A stretch of DNA of 64,000 bases, taken from NCBI GenBank assembly GCA_966211455.1, contig CBIHNI010000009.1, forward strand, positions 115,576 to 179,575, read 5' to 3'. Positions 35,331 through 44,144 of this stretch are shown one piece after another. How positions within the stretch are numbered: the first letter of the stretch is position 1; the number at the start of each line of letters is the position of its first letter. The notes beneath the pieces are model-generated. The model did no database searches and was not told the origin of the DNA. It saw only the letters and a program-made list of their open reading frames with translations. The stretch comes from an uncultured Bdellovibrio sp. Lineage in GTDB: Bacteria > Bdellovibrionota > Bdellovibrionia > Bdellovibrionales > Bdellovibrionaceae. Position numbers and translations under genes: made by a program.

Positions 35331-37373
35331 CTAGGCTCTCACAATTCCACGATCATACATCTGCGGAATTTCGTGGATGCGATGCAAAGCTCTTTCCAAG
35401 TCAAAGCCCACTACCTGCGAATACCAGTGCAAGGTCTCCCAACGTGGTTGGTTGTCTCGTTCCGTAAGACGCAAAGCCTCTTCTCGGGTCAAATGGCCTT
35501 CGCGAATTTGGTTCGAACGGAAGGTGTCGTTTTCAGTGAAACCTGCAACCACGTAATAAATGTAATTGTAGAAGGCTGCCGTTCCGTCACCAATACGCCA
35601 TGTCGATTTGGTATCGTTAGAAACTTCCCAGTCATATTCCTTCAACAAAGTGCCGACAACCTCGTCTTCTTTCCATTCAATGTAACGGAACAAAGGAACG
35701 AATTCTTGCGGAACAAAGTAATACGACCAAAAACCAACAAATGTGTCCCACAAAGAGCGATTCAAATATCCAGGATTGGTCAAAAATTCTTTGGCGTAAA
35801 ATCCCGCCAGCTTAGCACGATTGAGCATTGCCAATTGCTCTCCGAATTTATCCGAATCTGCACCTGGCTTCCAGAACTGAATGCCGGTCATTTCTTCTTT
35901 AAACTGGGTTTTTTCCAGCAAATTAAAGCTGAAGATTTCCCCCTTGATGCCCATACGCATGCGAATTTCGCGCGCCAAAGACATAAACTCCTTATCTCCC
36001 GCCATAAACAAAGGGATCATCCCTAAGTGTGGCTTCTTTAGCCAAGCTTCAATATTCTTGCGAACATTTTCACGTTTCCACAAGATGTCGGCCGAAATAA
36101 TGATGTTTTCGACCCCTAGCTGACTACACACACGCGAAATATTTCTTCGCGCCAGATCCGTCACCAAGCCCCAGTCATAAGTATAAGTCACAGGCTTCAG
36201 GCCCAGCTCTTTCACCGCATAGTGAAGGCCGTAACAAGAATCACGCCCCCCCGACAAAGCCAGAACGACGCCCGGCTTGCCATTGGCTTCACGAAACTTT
36301 TCGACATCCTTATCCAGCTGGTCACGACCAATGTAGACGATTTTTTTATAGTTACTGCAGAAGTTGCAGACACCCTGTTCATTGAACTCAATGAATGGAA
36401 CGGTTTCCGGCATGATACACTGGGTGCAACGACGGATCTTATTGATCTTCATTTCGGCTGCACGGAATTTTTTTAAAACTTCAGGAAGCTCCAACTTGCT
36501 TGGAAGAGCAAACAGCGAGCGAGCATTGTTATTGCCCGCCACGTACTTCACTTCCACATTTCGATGCATCAGCGCTTTATCGGCCGATGATTTTTGTAAA
36601 CCTTGATCTTTCAAAGAAAAGTTTCTCTGCACGCCCTTAGTGAAATCAAAGAACCAGCCTTCGCCAGCTTCTACTGGAACGATGGCATATTTGCTTTCTT
36701 CCAAACCACTTTTTTGCAAAAACGAATGCAAAGTCAAAAATTCAGAAGCAAAAAACCAAGGGCCTTTTCCATCCGTCGGTTTCAAAAGATACAACGATCC
36801 ATTGTTTGTCGCCAAAATCAGTTGGTTTGTCTGGGTTAAAGCCAAAGCGATCGAAGCAGTTCCACGGATTTCCGCAAAAGCTTTCTTTGCGGCTGACAAA
36901 GGATCCAATCCTTCTTCCAGGAACATGCCGATCAAAGCCACAATCGCTTCAGAATCGACATCGGTACGTTTTTGCAATTGCGGGAATTTTTTCCAGATCT
37001 CTTCGACATTCACAACGATACCATTGTGAACGATCACATTCGAATGCGACATCACGGGCTGGTTGTTGTCTTTTTCCGATTGCGAACCATTGGTCACCAA
37101 ACGGGTATGACCGAACGCCGCACCCGAAAAGCTTTCACGATTCAAAAGAAACGAATCGCGAAAATTTCGAAATTCGTCAGATTTAATCATGTCTGATGCT
37201 GGCAACGGAGACTTGATCAACCCCATCGCTTCGCTTCCGTTTCGCATCAGCGTCCAACCGGAAGCTTCTTTACCCCGAGACTCGGATAATTTAAAAAGCT
37301 GTTTCGACCAATTTTGAACCTGCTCTGATTTGATTTCTTCCGCAGCCGAGATCACTCCAAAAATTCCACACAT
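35331..37373 (-). CDS. Fusion protein: class-II (Ntn) glutamine amidotransferase domain + WbuX/PseA/WbpG-type PP-loop N-acetyl-sugar amidotransferase domain
   Basis: 680 aa. N-terminal MCGIFGVIS (Cys2 nucleophile), GHTRLVTNG and DSEAIV. The central Cys-rich motif CTQCIMPETVPFIEFNEQGVCNFC is followed by the PP-loop LALSGGRDSCYGLHY. Confidence 0.75.
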   Translation of the reverse strand: MCGIFGVISAAEEIKSEQVQNWSKQLFKLSESRGKEASGWTLMRNGSEAMGLIKSPLPASDMIKSDEFRNFRDSFLLNRESFSGAAFGHTRLVTNGSQSEKDNNQPVMSHSNVIVHNGIVVNVEEIWKKFPQLQKRTDVDSEAIVALIGMFLEEGLDPLSAAKKAFAEIRGTASIALALTQTNQLILATNNGSLYLLKPTDGKGPWFFASEFLTLHSFLQKSGLEESKYAIVPVEAGEGWFFDFTKGVQRNFSLKDQGLQKSSADKALMHRNVEVKYVAGNNNARSLFALPSKLELPEVLKKFRAAEMKINKIRRCTQCIMPETVPFIEFNEQGVCNFCSNYKKIVYIGRDQLDKDVEKFREANGKPGVVLALSGGRDSCYGLHYAVKELGLKPVTYTYDWGLVTDLARRNISRVCSQLGVENIIISADILWKRENVRKNIEAWLKKPHLGMIPLFMAGDKEFMSLAREIRMRMGIKGEIFSFNLLEKTQFKEEMTGIQFWKPGADSDKFGEQLAMLNRAKLAGFYAKEFLTNPGYLNRSLWDTFVGFWSYYFVPQEFVPLFRYIEWKEDEVVGTLLKEYDWEVSNDTKSTWRIGDGTAAFYNYIYYVVAGFTENDTFRSNQIREGHLTREEALRLTERDNQPRWETLHWYSQVVGFDLERALHRIHEIPQMYDRGIVRA

Positions 37374-37397
37374 CGCCAGTCACCTTCTTCAACGAAT

Positions 37398-39032
37398 TCA
37401 CGGTAAAAAATAAAGCGTTCCTACATCCGAACTCAACGGCAACCTGACACCGCCTCGTGATTGCACAAAGGCTTCGATTTTCCGCACATCTTCTTCCACC
37501 TTGTAGGTTTCTGGATTCATTCCTACACAAGCCCCAAGTTGAGCGTACTGAGGTTCCTTTTTCCGCAAAATGCGTGTGTCCCATTCGCTTGAATTCGAAA
37601 GAAAAATGTACCTGATTCCACTATTTCTGACAAACTCATCCAGCGTTAATCCTGAACTAGTGCATTCAATCAAATAAACGGCATTTTTCCCAAAATAAGG
37701 GGTCGCATTGAACTGCCTTCTCATCTCATAGTGAATATAAGGGGCAATCAAAATTTTTTGCTCTGCATTCACTTGGGTGCCCAATTGCTCAAACACAGGT
37801 CGGACATTTCCTTTTTCGCGACCTTCTGAAATCCTTTGGAACTGCAGATGCGAAGGCCAAAACGACAGATAGGCCATCCAGACAGCAAATCCCGTCATCA
37901 AAACTGGCGACAAGAAGCGCAAATGAGGCTGGACCAGAACCTGCTCCAGAGCCTGAAAACAGGTCAGCAGAACAAAAACATTAAACGGGAGGAAAAGGCG
38001 ACTATAATACACATCCGGAAAAGCCATCGTGAAGAAAAATAAAGTAAAAACATAGACCGCGAGGGGAAGGAGATCCAAACCACTCAGCCATGGTTTGCCC
38101 CGCAGTCTCCGCAAAATAAAAGGTGCTGCAAAAACCAAAACCGCCAACAACCAGATCCAAGATAATGCCGGATTCAGTGACTCTTGTGGACCTTTCCACA
38201 GGTAAGCGCGAAATAGTTCAAGCGCGTCAGTTCCCGCCCCGCCATGGATATGAGATTCCGAAAAAAGCGAGTCGAAAACTTTGCCAAAACCAATCACAAA
38301 GCCCCAAAGAACATGATTCAAGAAAAAACCTGCTGTGAAAATCACACACATTCGAAGATTGTCGCGGTCGAAGATAGCCCGAAAAGATCGCGACGGCCAA
38401 AAATGCAGAATTGAAAAGATTAAAATCGCTGCCGGCCCCAGAAATGAAAGGCTTCCGTGGCAGGTTGCAGCAGCACCGGCCAAAATTCCGGATAGAAAAA
38501 TCAGCCTCCAAGCCTTCTTGTCAGTTTTCAAAACTGCGTCCAAAGCGAGCTTAAAGACCGCCAAAAAAAATAATGCAAACAACGTCGAAAGCGTGTGTGG
38601 TAATTCCGAATTTGACATCACAAACACCGATGGAGATGCCATGTACACCAAGGCCAGCAGAAGCGCGCTTAAGCGATGACGCAAGAACATCAACCCCAGA
38701 ACAATCACCAACAGCGTATTCAGAGTTTCGACAAAACCCATCATCATCCGTAACGAATAATCCCGACCTTCGAAAAGAGATATTCCCAAAGCACCTAGAG
38801 CATAATGAAGTGGACGAAAAAATTGGTAGAACTCGGTCAGTATATCATTCAAGACAAATTGGCCTTGATGCCACAACGTTGCGATCTCAAAATACTGAAA
38901 AGTATCAGAACCGCGAATGCCATTCTGGGTAACTCCACGCATGCGAAAGTAAGCATCAGTCACAATCATCAAAGTCGCGACAATCCAGAAAAAGAAAGTC
39001 GCGAATCGTCCTTCGCCTTTGGCTGAGTTCAT
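37398..39032 (-). CDS. GT-C-like (ArnT/PMT_2-like) polytopic glycosyltransferase candidate, paralogue B
   Basis: 544 aa with about 11 TM segments. The first-loop motif RGSDTFQYF resembles that of ORF 24577-26217. Soluble C-terminal domain. It sits 3 nt downstream of the GtrB/ArnC-like GT2. Confidence 0.5.
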   Translation of the reverse strand: MNSAKGEGRFATFFFWIVATLMIVTDAYFRMRGVTQNGIRGSDTFQYFEIATLWHQGQFVLNDILTEFYQFFRPLHYALGALGISLFEGRDYSLRMMMGFVETLNTLLVIVLGLMFLRHRLSALLLALVYMASPSVFVMSNSELPHTLSTLFALFFLAVFKLALDAVLKTDKKAWRLIFLSGILAGAAATCHGSLSFLGPAAILIFSILHFWPSRSFRAIFDRDNLRMCVIFTAGFFLNHVLWGFVIGFGKVFDSLFSESHIHGGAGTDALELFRAYLWKGPQESLNPALSWIWLLAVLVFAAPFILRRLRGKPWLSGLDLLPLAVYVFTLFFFTMAFPDVYYSRLFLPFNVFVLLTCFQALEQVLVQPHLRFLSPVLMTGFAVWMAYLSFWPSHLQFQRISEGREKGNVRPVFEQLGTQVNAEQKILIAPYIHYEMRRQFNATPYFGKNAVYLIECTSSGLTLDEFVRNSGIRYIFLSNSSEWDTRILRKKEPQYAQLGACVGMNPETYKVEEDVRKIEAFVQSRGGVRLPLSSDVGTLYFLP

Positions 39033-39035
39033 GAT

Positions 39036-39998
39036 TTAGATGACTTTCTGGAGCGGCGTGCCAGGTCTTGAAGCGATGTCGTACTGAACCGCCGAGATCA
39101 AAAGTTGAAATCCTAAAACCAAAAGAATCGTCACCAAAGAAATCGTACCTGGCTCCGTCATAATCCCGGCCTGCATTCCGCTAATCCATTTCCACAAACC
39201 ATAAAAAAAGCCAGCACCGAACATCAACAGCCCCATGCACAGCTGCACTGAGCCAACGTTGAAATCATGCACGAAATAATCATAAACGATCCGCTTATAG
39301 AAACGGCTCAGATGCCCTTTCAAAAACGGACCGATGATTTTGGAAATGGAAAGATTGCTTTCTTCGTCGCCGTAAAAAGCAATCATCGGCACATCAACGA
39401 CCACGGCATTTATCAAATGCAGTCGGAACAGCATATCCGATTCAAAGAAATATCGGTTGGCGATTTTTTCGGATTCCAACATCAGAAAAACTTGTGCATG
39501 AATGGCCACGAAACCATTGGTAGGATCCATGATCTGCCAATAGCCCGAAGATAACTTTGTTAAAAAAGAAAGGACCGAATTCCCAAACAATCGCATGCCC
39601 GGCATTTGCGCCAACGATCGAGGATTTGAAAAACGATTTCCCTTCGAATAATCACAAAGCTCATCGACGATAGGTCGAATCAACTTTTGAATCAGAGCCG
39701 GATCCATTTGGCCATCACCATCCAATTTAACCAAAATATCGTATCCATCTTGAGCGGCTTTTTTCATGCCTGCTTTGGTCGCGGATCCAACACCGCCGTT
39801 GATCTCTTGAAAAACCACTTCGACCCGTGGATCTTGGCAATTTTCTTTAACGAACTGACCCGATTTATCAGGGCAACAATCATCAACGACATACACCTTG
39901 GCCACGTCGGGGCCAATCTTTGCCAGGACCTGCATGATGTGTCGTTTCACCTTATAACTGGGAATAACAACGGCGACTGTTTTTTCTTTTTTTTGCAC
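39036..39998 (-). CDS. GT2 polyprenyl-phosphate glycosyltransferase (GtrB/ArnC-like) with C-terminal TM helices
   Basis: 320 aa. VAVVIPSYKV, VYVVDDCCPDKSG, LDGDGQMDP, and two C-terminal hydrophobic helices. GTG start with AGGA 8 nt upstream. Confidence 0.8.
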   Translation of the reverse strand: MQKKEKTVAVVIPSYKVKRHIMQVLAKIGPDVAKVYVVDDCCPDKSGQFVKENCQDPRVEVVFQEINGGVGSATKAGMKKAAQDGYDILVKLDGDGQMDPALIQKLIRPIVDELCDYSKGNRFSNPRSLAQMPGMRLFGNSVLSFLTKLSSGYWQIMDPTNGFVAIHAQVFLMLESEKIANRYFFESDMLFRLHLINAVVVDVPMIAFYGDEESNLSISKIIGPFLKGHLSRFYKRIVYDYFVHDFNVGSVQLCMGLLMFGAGFFYGLWKWISGMQAGIMTEPGTISLVTILLVLGFQLLISAVQYDIASRPGTPLQKVI

Positions 39999-40068
39999 GG
40001 CATGATTCCTATGTGCGGTATGCTACCGAAACAGGCTCTAACAAATCAAGCCCACTTGCGCTGTATTT

Positions 40069-41139
40069 TTAATGAACGGAAGCTTCGCGATAAATGTCAA
40101 AGGTTCGGGCAGCCATACTTTGCAATCGGTGATTTTCCGAAACATACGCGAAAGCGGCTCGAGCCAGCGCTTCGCGCCTTTGCGCATCCGCGGATAAAGC
40201 CTGAAGGGCTCCTACGAGCTCTTCAGGTTTTTCTAAATGAAATCCTTGGGCGATCTGATGTTGGATAAAGTAAGAATTCCCAGGCACGAAGGATAAAACT
40301 GAGGGGATACCATAGGCCATGGCCTCGAGCACCACCAAGGGAAAGCCCTCCCATCGTGAAGTGCTGACGAAAATATCAATTTTCTCAAAGAATTCGTTTG
40401 AACTGGGAACCTCCCCCATCAACACTAGGCGCTTTTGCAACTTGGGCGGAACTACGATTTGATTCGTTGGAAAACCGGCCAAATAAAATTGCCAGGCTCG
40501 CTCGGGATCGCCATCGTGAAAAGACTCTAGATGCTTGAGCAAAATATCGACACCTTTAGCGTGATCTAATCGCGCCATCATGCCAAAGCGATTCCGAAAC
40601 TCTTTAGCTGGATGAAGCTGCTGAATCTTAACGCCATTCATGATGACGCTGGTTGGAACCGATCCGAGACAGGCATTCTTCTCGAGCAGGTCCTTCTCGG
40701 ATTCGGATACTGCGATATAATGATCGGCAAAAGAGGCCAAAACCTGATCCACAGCCAATTTCACCCGACCAATAATTCCGGGAGAGCGGTGAAATCCATG
40801 AAATGTGTGCACCACCTTCACGCATGGCAAAACAAGCTTTAACAGCCGCGAATACATTCCGGCCCCTCGCCCATGCGAATGAACAATGCGAATCTTCTGA
40901 TCTCGAGCTTGACACCACAGTCTCCACCAAGCTTTCAAAGAAAAGCTGCGATGTGGAATTTCTATGTGCTGATCAGCGAGTTTTTGAAAGATCGGACCAT
41001 ATGGAGTCTCCAAAGGTGAAGCGACACTGATATTGAGTTCGGGCCATTGCATCTGGCACTCTTGTATCAGATCCAGGAGGTGCTTCGGCCCCCCACCATG
41101 ATCGGCGCGTACAGTGATAAATAAAATGCTTTCGCTCAT
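40069..41139 (-). CDS. GT4-family glycosyltransferase
   Basis: 356 aa from the ATG at 41139 (MSESILFITV..GGGPKHL). IVHSHGRGAG and STSRWEGFPLVVLEAMAYGIPSV (E-x7-E). The ORF is open to a GTG at 41169. Confidence 0.83.
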   Translation of the reverse strand: MSESILFITVRADHGGGPKHLLDLIQECQMQWPELNISVASPLETPYGPIFQKLADQHIEIPHRSFSLKAWWRLWCQARDQKIRIVHSHGRGAGMYSRLLKLVLPCVKVVHTFHGFHRSPGIIGRVKLAVDQVLASFADHYIAVSESEKDLLEKNACLGSVPTSVIMNGVKIQQLHPAKEFRNRFGMMARLDHAKGVDILLKHLESFHDGDPERAWQFYLAGFPTNQIVVPPKLQKRLVLMGEVPSSNEFFEKIDIFVSTSRWEGFPLVVLEAMAYGIPSVLSFVPGNSYFIQHQIAQGFHLEKPEELVGALQALSADAQRREALARAAFAYVSENHRLQSMAARTFDIYREASVH

Positions 41140-41152
41140 CGCCACTGGAGCC

Positions 41153-42244
41153 TCATTTTTGCAAGACACCCTTTAGAAAAGAGAGTCTCTTTTTTTCCTT
41201 CTCCAGTCGATCGAAATAAGGACGAAATTTTTCGGGCCGATGGGGCTGATGCTGATGCTTGCGGGCAAAGTCATCGATCTCCGACGCCGACCTCAACACG
41301 GCTCCGTCCTGATTCGGAAGCTGAAGCACAAAATCTAAATTTGGTGGCAAGTCCGTGTCTACAAATGCGTAGACGTAAGGTAAGCCCCAAGCCCCATACT
41401 GACGCGTTTTTAGAGGGGAGGCTTCAGTTAAACCATTGCGATACAAAGCCAAACTTCCAAGGCCAATATCCATTTGCCGGGCCAATTCATCCAACTGTTT
41501 CCCAAATAATAAGCCGTGAAAAATAACATTCTTATCAGCTTGCTCTGGCGTCACGCCAACTAAATGAAAATCAATCTCGGGCAGAGATTGCGCCAGTTTC
41601 AAAATTAAGTCTGTTCCATGCCAAGACTGCCCCTCGGTACCGACGAACAAGGCTTGTGGTCTTTGCGAAATAATCTTTCTTTCCAAAGGCGCAGCACCAA
41701 AATTCGACCCATTGCTGCAAACCAAACTTGGCTTTTGAAACACCGATAGATCGGCTTCAATTTCCCGAGAAACCGGACAGAAAGCCAAGGCTTCAGATAA
41801 AATCTTTTTGCGCCCCCAAAGATAAATAGATCTCTTAATGAAGCTTTCGTTCTTCATTTCGTAACGATCCAAGCTATTCACTTCGATCACTGTCGGCGCA
41901 ACGGACAGCACATCCATCAAACCAGGATGCCAAATGCCCAAGCGATAAAAAATCAAATCCGGTCGGAACTCGGAAAGTTTCCTTTGAGCTTTTCTAGCAC
42001 ACAGCATCTTATTCAGAAAAGAACGCGCCCCACCCCTTACTGAATGCGGTAAGGATGCCGAGTCAAAATGTGCAGGAAAGCGAAGCGCACTGGTGGTCGA
42101 CAAGGATGGCGCATAGGGTGTTATATCGAAGAGCTGCGTCTGCGTCCCTAAAGAGTTCCATGTCTGAATCTGCTCGACGATCTTCTGCTGTACGCCTGAG
42201 CCGACAGAGAAATCCCATTCCGCAAAGTAAGCGATTTTCACCAC
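41153..42244 (-). CDS. Putative glycosyltransferase (GT-B-like), family unassigned
   Basis: 363 aa. First gene of the minus-strand GT operon. The two-domain layout has a C-terminal LKTRQYGAWGLPYV segment at the position of a GT-B donor-binding helix. GTG start with no obvious Shine-Dalgarno sequence. Confidence 0.4.
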   Translation of the reverse strand: MVKIAYFAEWDFSVGSGVQQKIVEQIQTWNSLGTQTQLFDITPYAPSLSTTSALRFPAHFDSASLPHSVRGGARSFLNKMLCARKAQRKLSEFRPDLIFYRLGIWHPGLMDVLSVAPTVIEVNSLDRYEMKNESFIKRSIYLWGRKKILSEALAFCPVSREIEADLSVFQKPSLVCSNGSNFGAAPLERKIISQRPQALFVGTEGQSWHGTDLILKLAQSLPEIDFHLVGVTPEQADKNVIFHGLLFGKQLDELARQMDIGLGSLALYRNGLTEASPLKTRQYGAWGLPYVYAFVDTDLPPNLDFVLQLPNQDGAVLRSASEIDDFARKHQHQPHRPEKFRPYFDRLEKEKKRLSFLKGVLQK

Positions 42245-42398
42245 GCTTCAAACAAACAGGATTCTCAAAGTTTGTCAAAATCCCAAGGAGAGGCTCTTTT
42301 GCAACACTCAAACACCCTCTCTGAAGTGAGACCGAATCTTGCTGACGCCGAGTATAAATGATTTCCAAGCGACCATATTCTCGAGAGATTGTCCCCCC

Positions 42399-42989
42399 AT
42401 GATCGCAAAAACAGCCATTGTCTATCCCGAGGTTAAACTCGGAAAAAATGCTCACATCGAAGACTACTGCATCGTCGGCGCTCCCCTGCAAGACGGAAGC
42501 TGTCCCGAAACTTGGATCGGCGATAACTGCGTGATTCGCTCACATACCGTCATTTATGCGGGCAACAAGATCGGCAATAACTTTAAGGCCGGCAACAAAT
42601 CCAACATTCGCGAACTCAACGAAATTGGCAACAATGTCAGTATCGGCACTCTAAGCGTCGTCGAGCATCATGTTGTGCTAGAGGACAATGTGCGTATTCA
42701 CACCTCTGCATTTATTCCCGAATATTCGATTTTAAAAAAAGGCTGCTGGATCGGCCCGCATGTGGTTTTAACCAATGCCCGCTATCCCAATCGCCCCGAT
42801 ACCAAACACAATTTGCAGGGCGTGACCGTACAAGCTGGCGCTGTGATCGGAGCCAACTCAACCCTTTCACCGGGAATTGAAATCGGCGAATCAGCTTTGG
42901 TTGGCTCGGGCTCGAATGTTGTCAGAAACGTCAGAAACCATTCCACTTGCGTCGGGAATCCGGCCAAAGAACGAGAGAAGAAAGCATGA
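42399..42989 (+). CDS. Left-handed beta-helix (hexapeptide repeat) N-acetyltransferase, WbpD-like
   Basis: 196 aa from the ATG at 42399. Tandem hexapeptide repeats: IGDNCVIRSHTVIYAGNKIGNNFKAGNKSNIRELNEIGNNVSIG. Confidence 0.85.
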   Translation: MIAKTAIVYPEVKLGKNAHIEDYCIVGAPLQDGSCPETWIGDNCVIRSHTVIYAGNKIGNNFKAGNKSNIRELNEIGNNVSIGTLSVVEHHVVLEDNVRIHTSAFIPEYSILKKGCWIGPHVVLTNARYPNRPDTKHNLQGVTVQAGAVIGANSTLSPGIEIGESALVGSGSNVVRNVRNHSTCVGNPAKEREKKA

Positions 42990-44122
42990 ACATCCCTTTC
43001 ATGGATCTGCATCGCCAATATCAATCGATCAAACCCGAAATCGATCAGGCTTTCGAGCGCACCATGAGCCGTTGCAGCTTTATTGGCGGATCTGACAAAG
43101 ACCTTTTTGAAAAAGAATTTGCCGAATCTATTGGTGCTAAATTTTGTATTGGCGTTGGCAACGGAACTGATTCTTTAATGCTGATCATGAAAGCGATGGG
43201 CTTGGGCGCTGGTGACGAAGTCGTTGTTCCGGCAAATACTTTCATCGCGACATCCGAAATGGTCACAGCATGCGGCGCCAAACCGATCTTCTGTGATATC
43301 GAAGAGTCAACCAATTTGATGGACCTGGATCATATCGAGCGCATCTTGTTGCAAAAGGCCTCCGGCGGGAAAAATCCTGTCAAAGCCATCTTACCGGTGC
43401 ACTTGTATGGCCGAATCATGGACATGAAAAAAGTGATGGCACTTGCCGAGAAGTACAATCTTTTTGTCATTGAAGATTGTGCTCAAGCCCACCGTGCCGT
43501 GATCGATGGAAAAATGGCTGGAACCTGGGGACACGCAGGCAGCTTCAGCTTTTACCCTGGAAAAAATCTGGGCGCCTTCGGTGATGCCGGCGCAATCGTC
43601 ACAAACGATGCGGCTTTGGCAGAAAGGATGCGCAAATTGGCCAATCACGGCCGTATTGGAAAATACGATCACGACATGGAAGGCTACAATTCGCGTCTTG
43701 ATGGCATGCAGGCTGCTTTTCTGCGTGTGAAGCTGCCGCACCTTCCTGAATGGACACGCAAACGCCAGGTTTTGGCGGAGCGCTATTACAGGCTTCTAAA
43801 GGACATCCCAAATGTAAAGACTTTGGCCCAGCCGTCACAAGCGACCGAGCACGTCTACCATCTTTTTGTTGTGCGTGTTCAAAACCGCTCTGCGATTCAA
43901 TCTTTCATGAAAGAAAAGAAAGGAATCGAGACCGGAGTTCACTATCCGACATCTTTACCATTTCTTAAGGCATATAGTTTCATGGGACATACTCCGAAGG
44001 ATTTTCCTGTATCTTATCAATTACAGTCGGAAATTATGAGCCTTCCCCTATTTCCAGAGCTGACTTTTGAGGAACAAGACTATATTGTCTCTGCTTTACG
44101 TGAAGCAGCGGCATTATCTTGA
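42986..44122 (+). CDS. DegT-family PLP aminotransferase, WbpE-like (UDP-2-acetamido-2-deoxy-3-oxo-glucuronate aminotransferase type)
   Basis: 378 aa. ATGA overlap with the acetyltransferase. MNIPFMDLHRQY, GNGTDSLMLIMKAMGLGAGDEVVVPANTFIATSE, SFYPGKNLGAFGDAGAIVTND. Confidence 0.88.
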   Translation: MNIPFMDLHRQYQSIKPEIDQAFERTMSRCSFIGGSDKDLFEKEFAESIGAKFCIGVGNGTDSLMLIMKAMGLGAGDEVVVPANTFIATSEMVTACGAKPIFCDIEESTNLMDLDHIERILLQKASGGKNPVKAILPVHLYGRIMDMKKVMALAEKYNLFVIEDCAQAHRAVIDGKMAGTWGHAGSFSFYPGKNLGAFGDAGAIVTNDAALAERMRKLANHGRIGKYDHDMEGYNSRLDGMQAAFLRVKLPHLPEWTRKRQVLAERYYRLLKDIPNVKTLAQPSQATEHVYHLFVVRVQNRSAIQSFMKEKKGIETGVHYPTSLPFLKAYSFMGHTPKDFPVSYQLQSEIMSLPLFPELTFEEQDYIVSALREAAALS

Positions 44123-44144
44123 TGCTTGTTTAAGGGGGGACTCT

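Noticed and set aside
35286-36026. 246-aa plus-strand ORF, and the other plus-strand ORFs at 36222-37196
   Set aside because: They are antisense to the GATase::PP-loop fusion gene, whose motifs run continuously on the minus strand.
39687-40268. 193-aa plus-strand ORF spanning the GT2/GT4 junction
   Set aside because: It is antisense to two glycosyltransferase genes with clear DxD and E-x7-E motifs. It has no Shine-Dalgarno sequence and no family resemblance.
41139-41169. Shared 14-nt string GTCTTGCAAAAATG (giving MSCKN... in the ORF track) upstream of two glycosyltransferase genes, here and at 46238-46251
   Set aside because: About 15 chance 14-mer matches are expected in a 64-kb window counting both strands. 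In both places the string is simply the C-terminal coding sequence (VLQK) of the upstream gene. I do not consider it a regulatory repeat.
42245-42398. Divergent promoter pair between the GT operon and the wbpD-like gene (TATAAA at 42353-42358; TTGACA on the minus strand at 42273-42278)
   Set aside because: Neither hexamer has a partner element at 16-18-nt spacing, so I could not support a specific promoter call.
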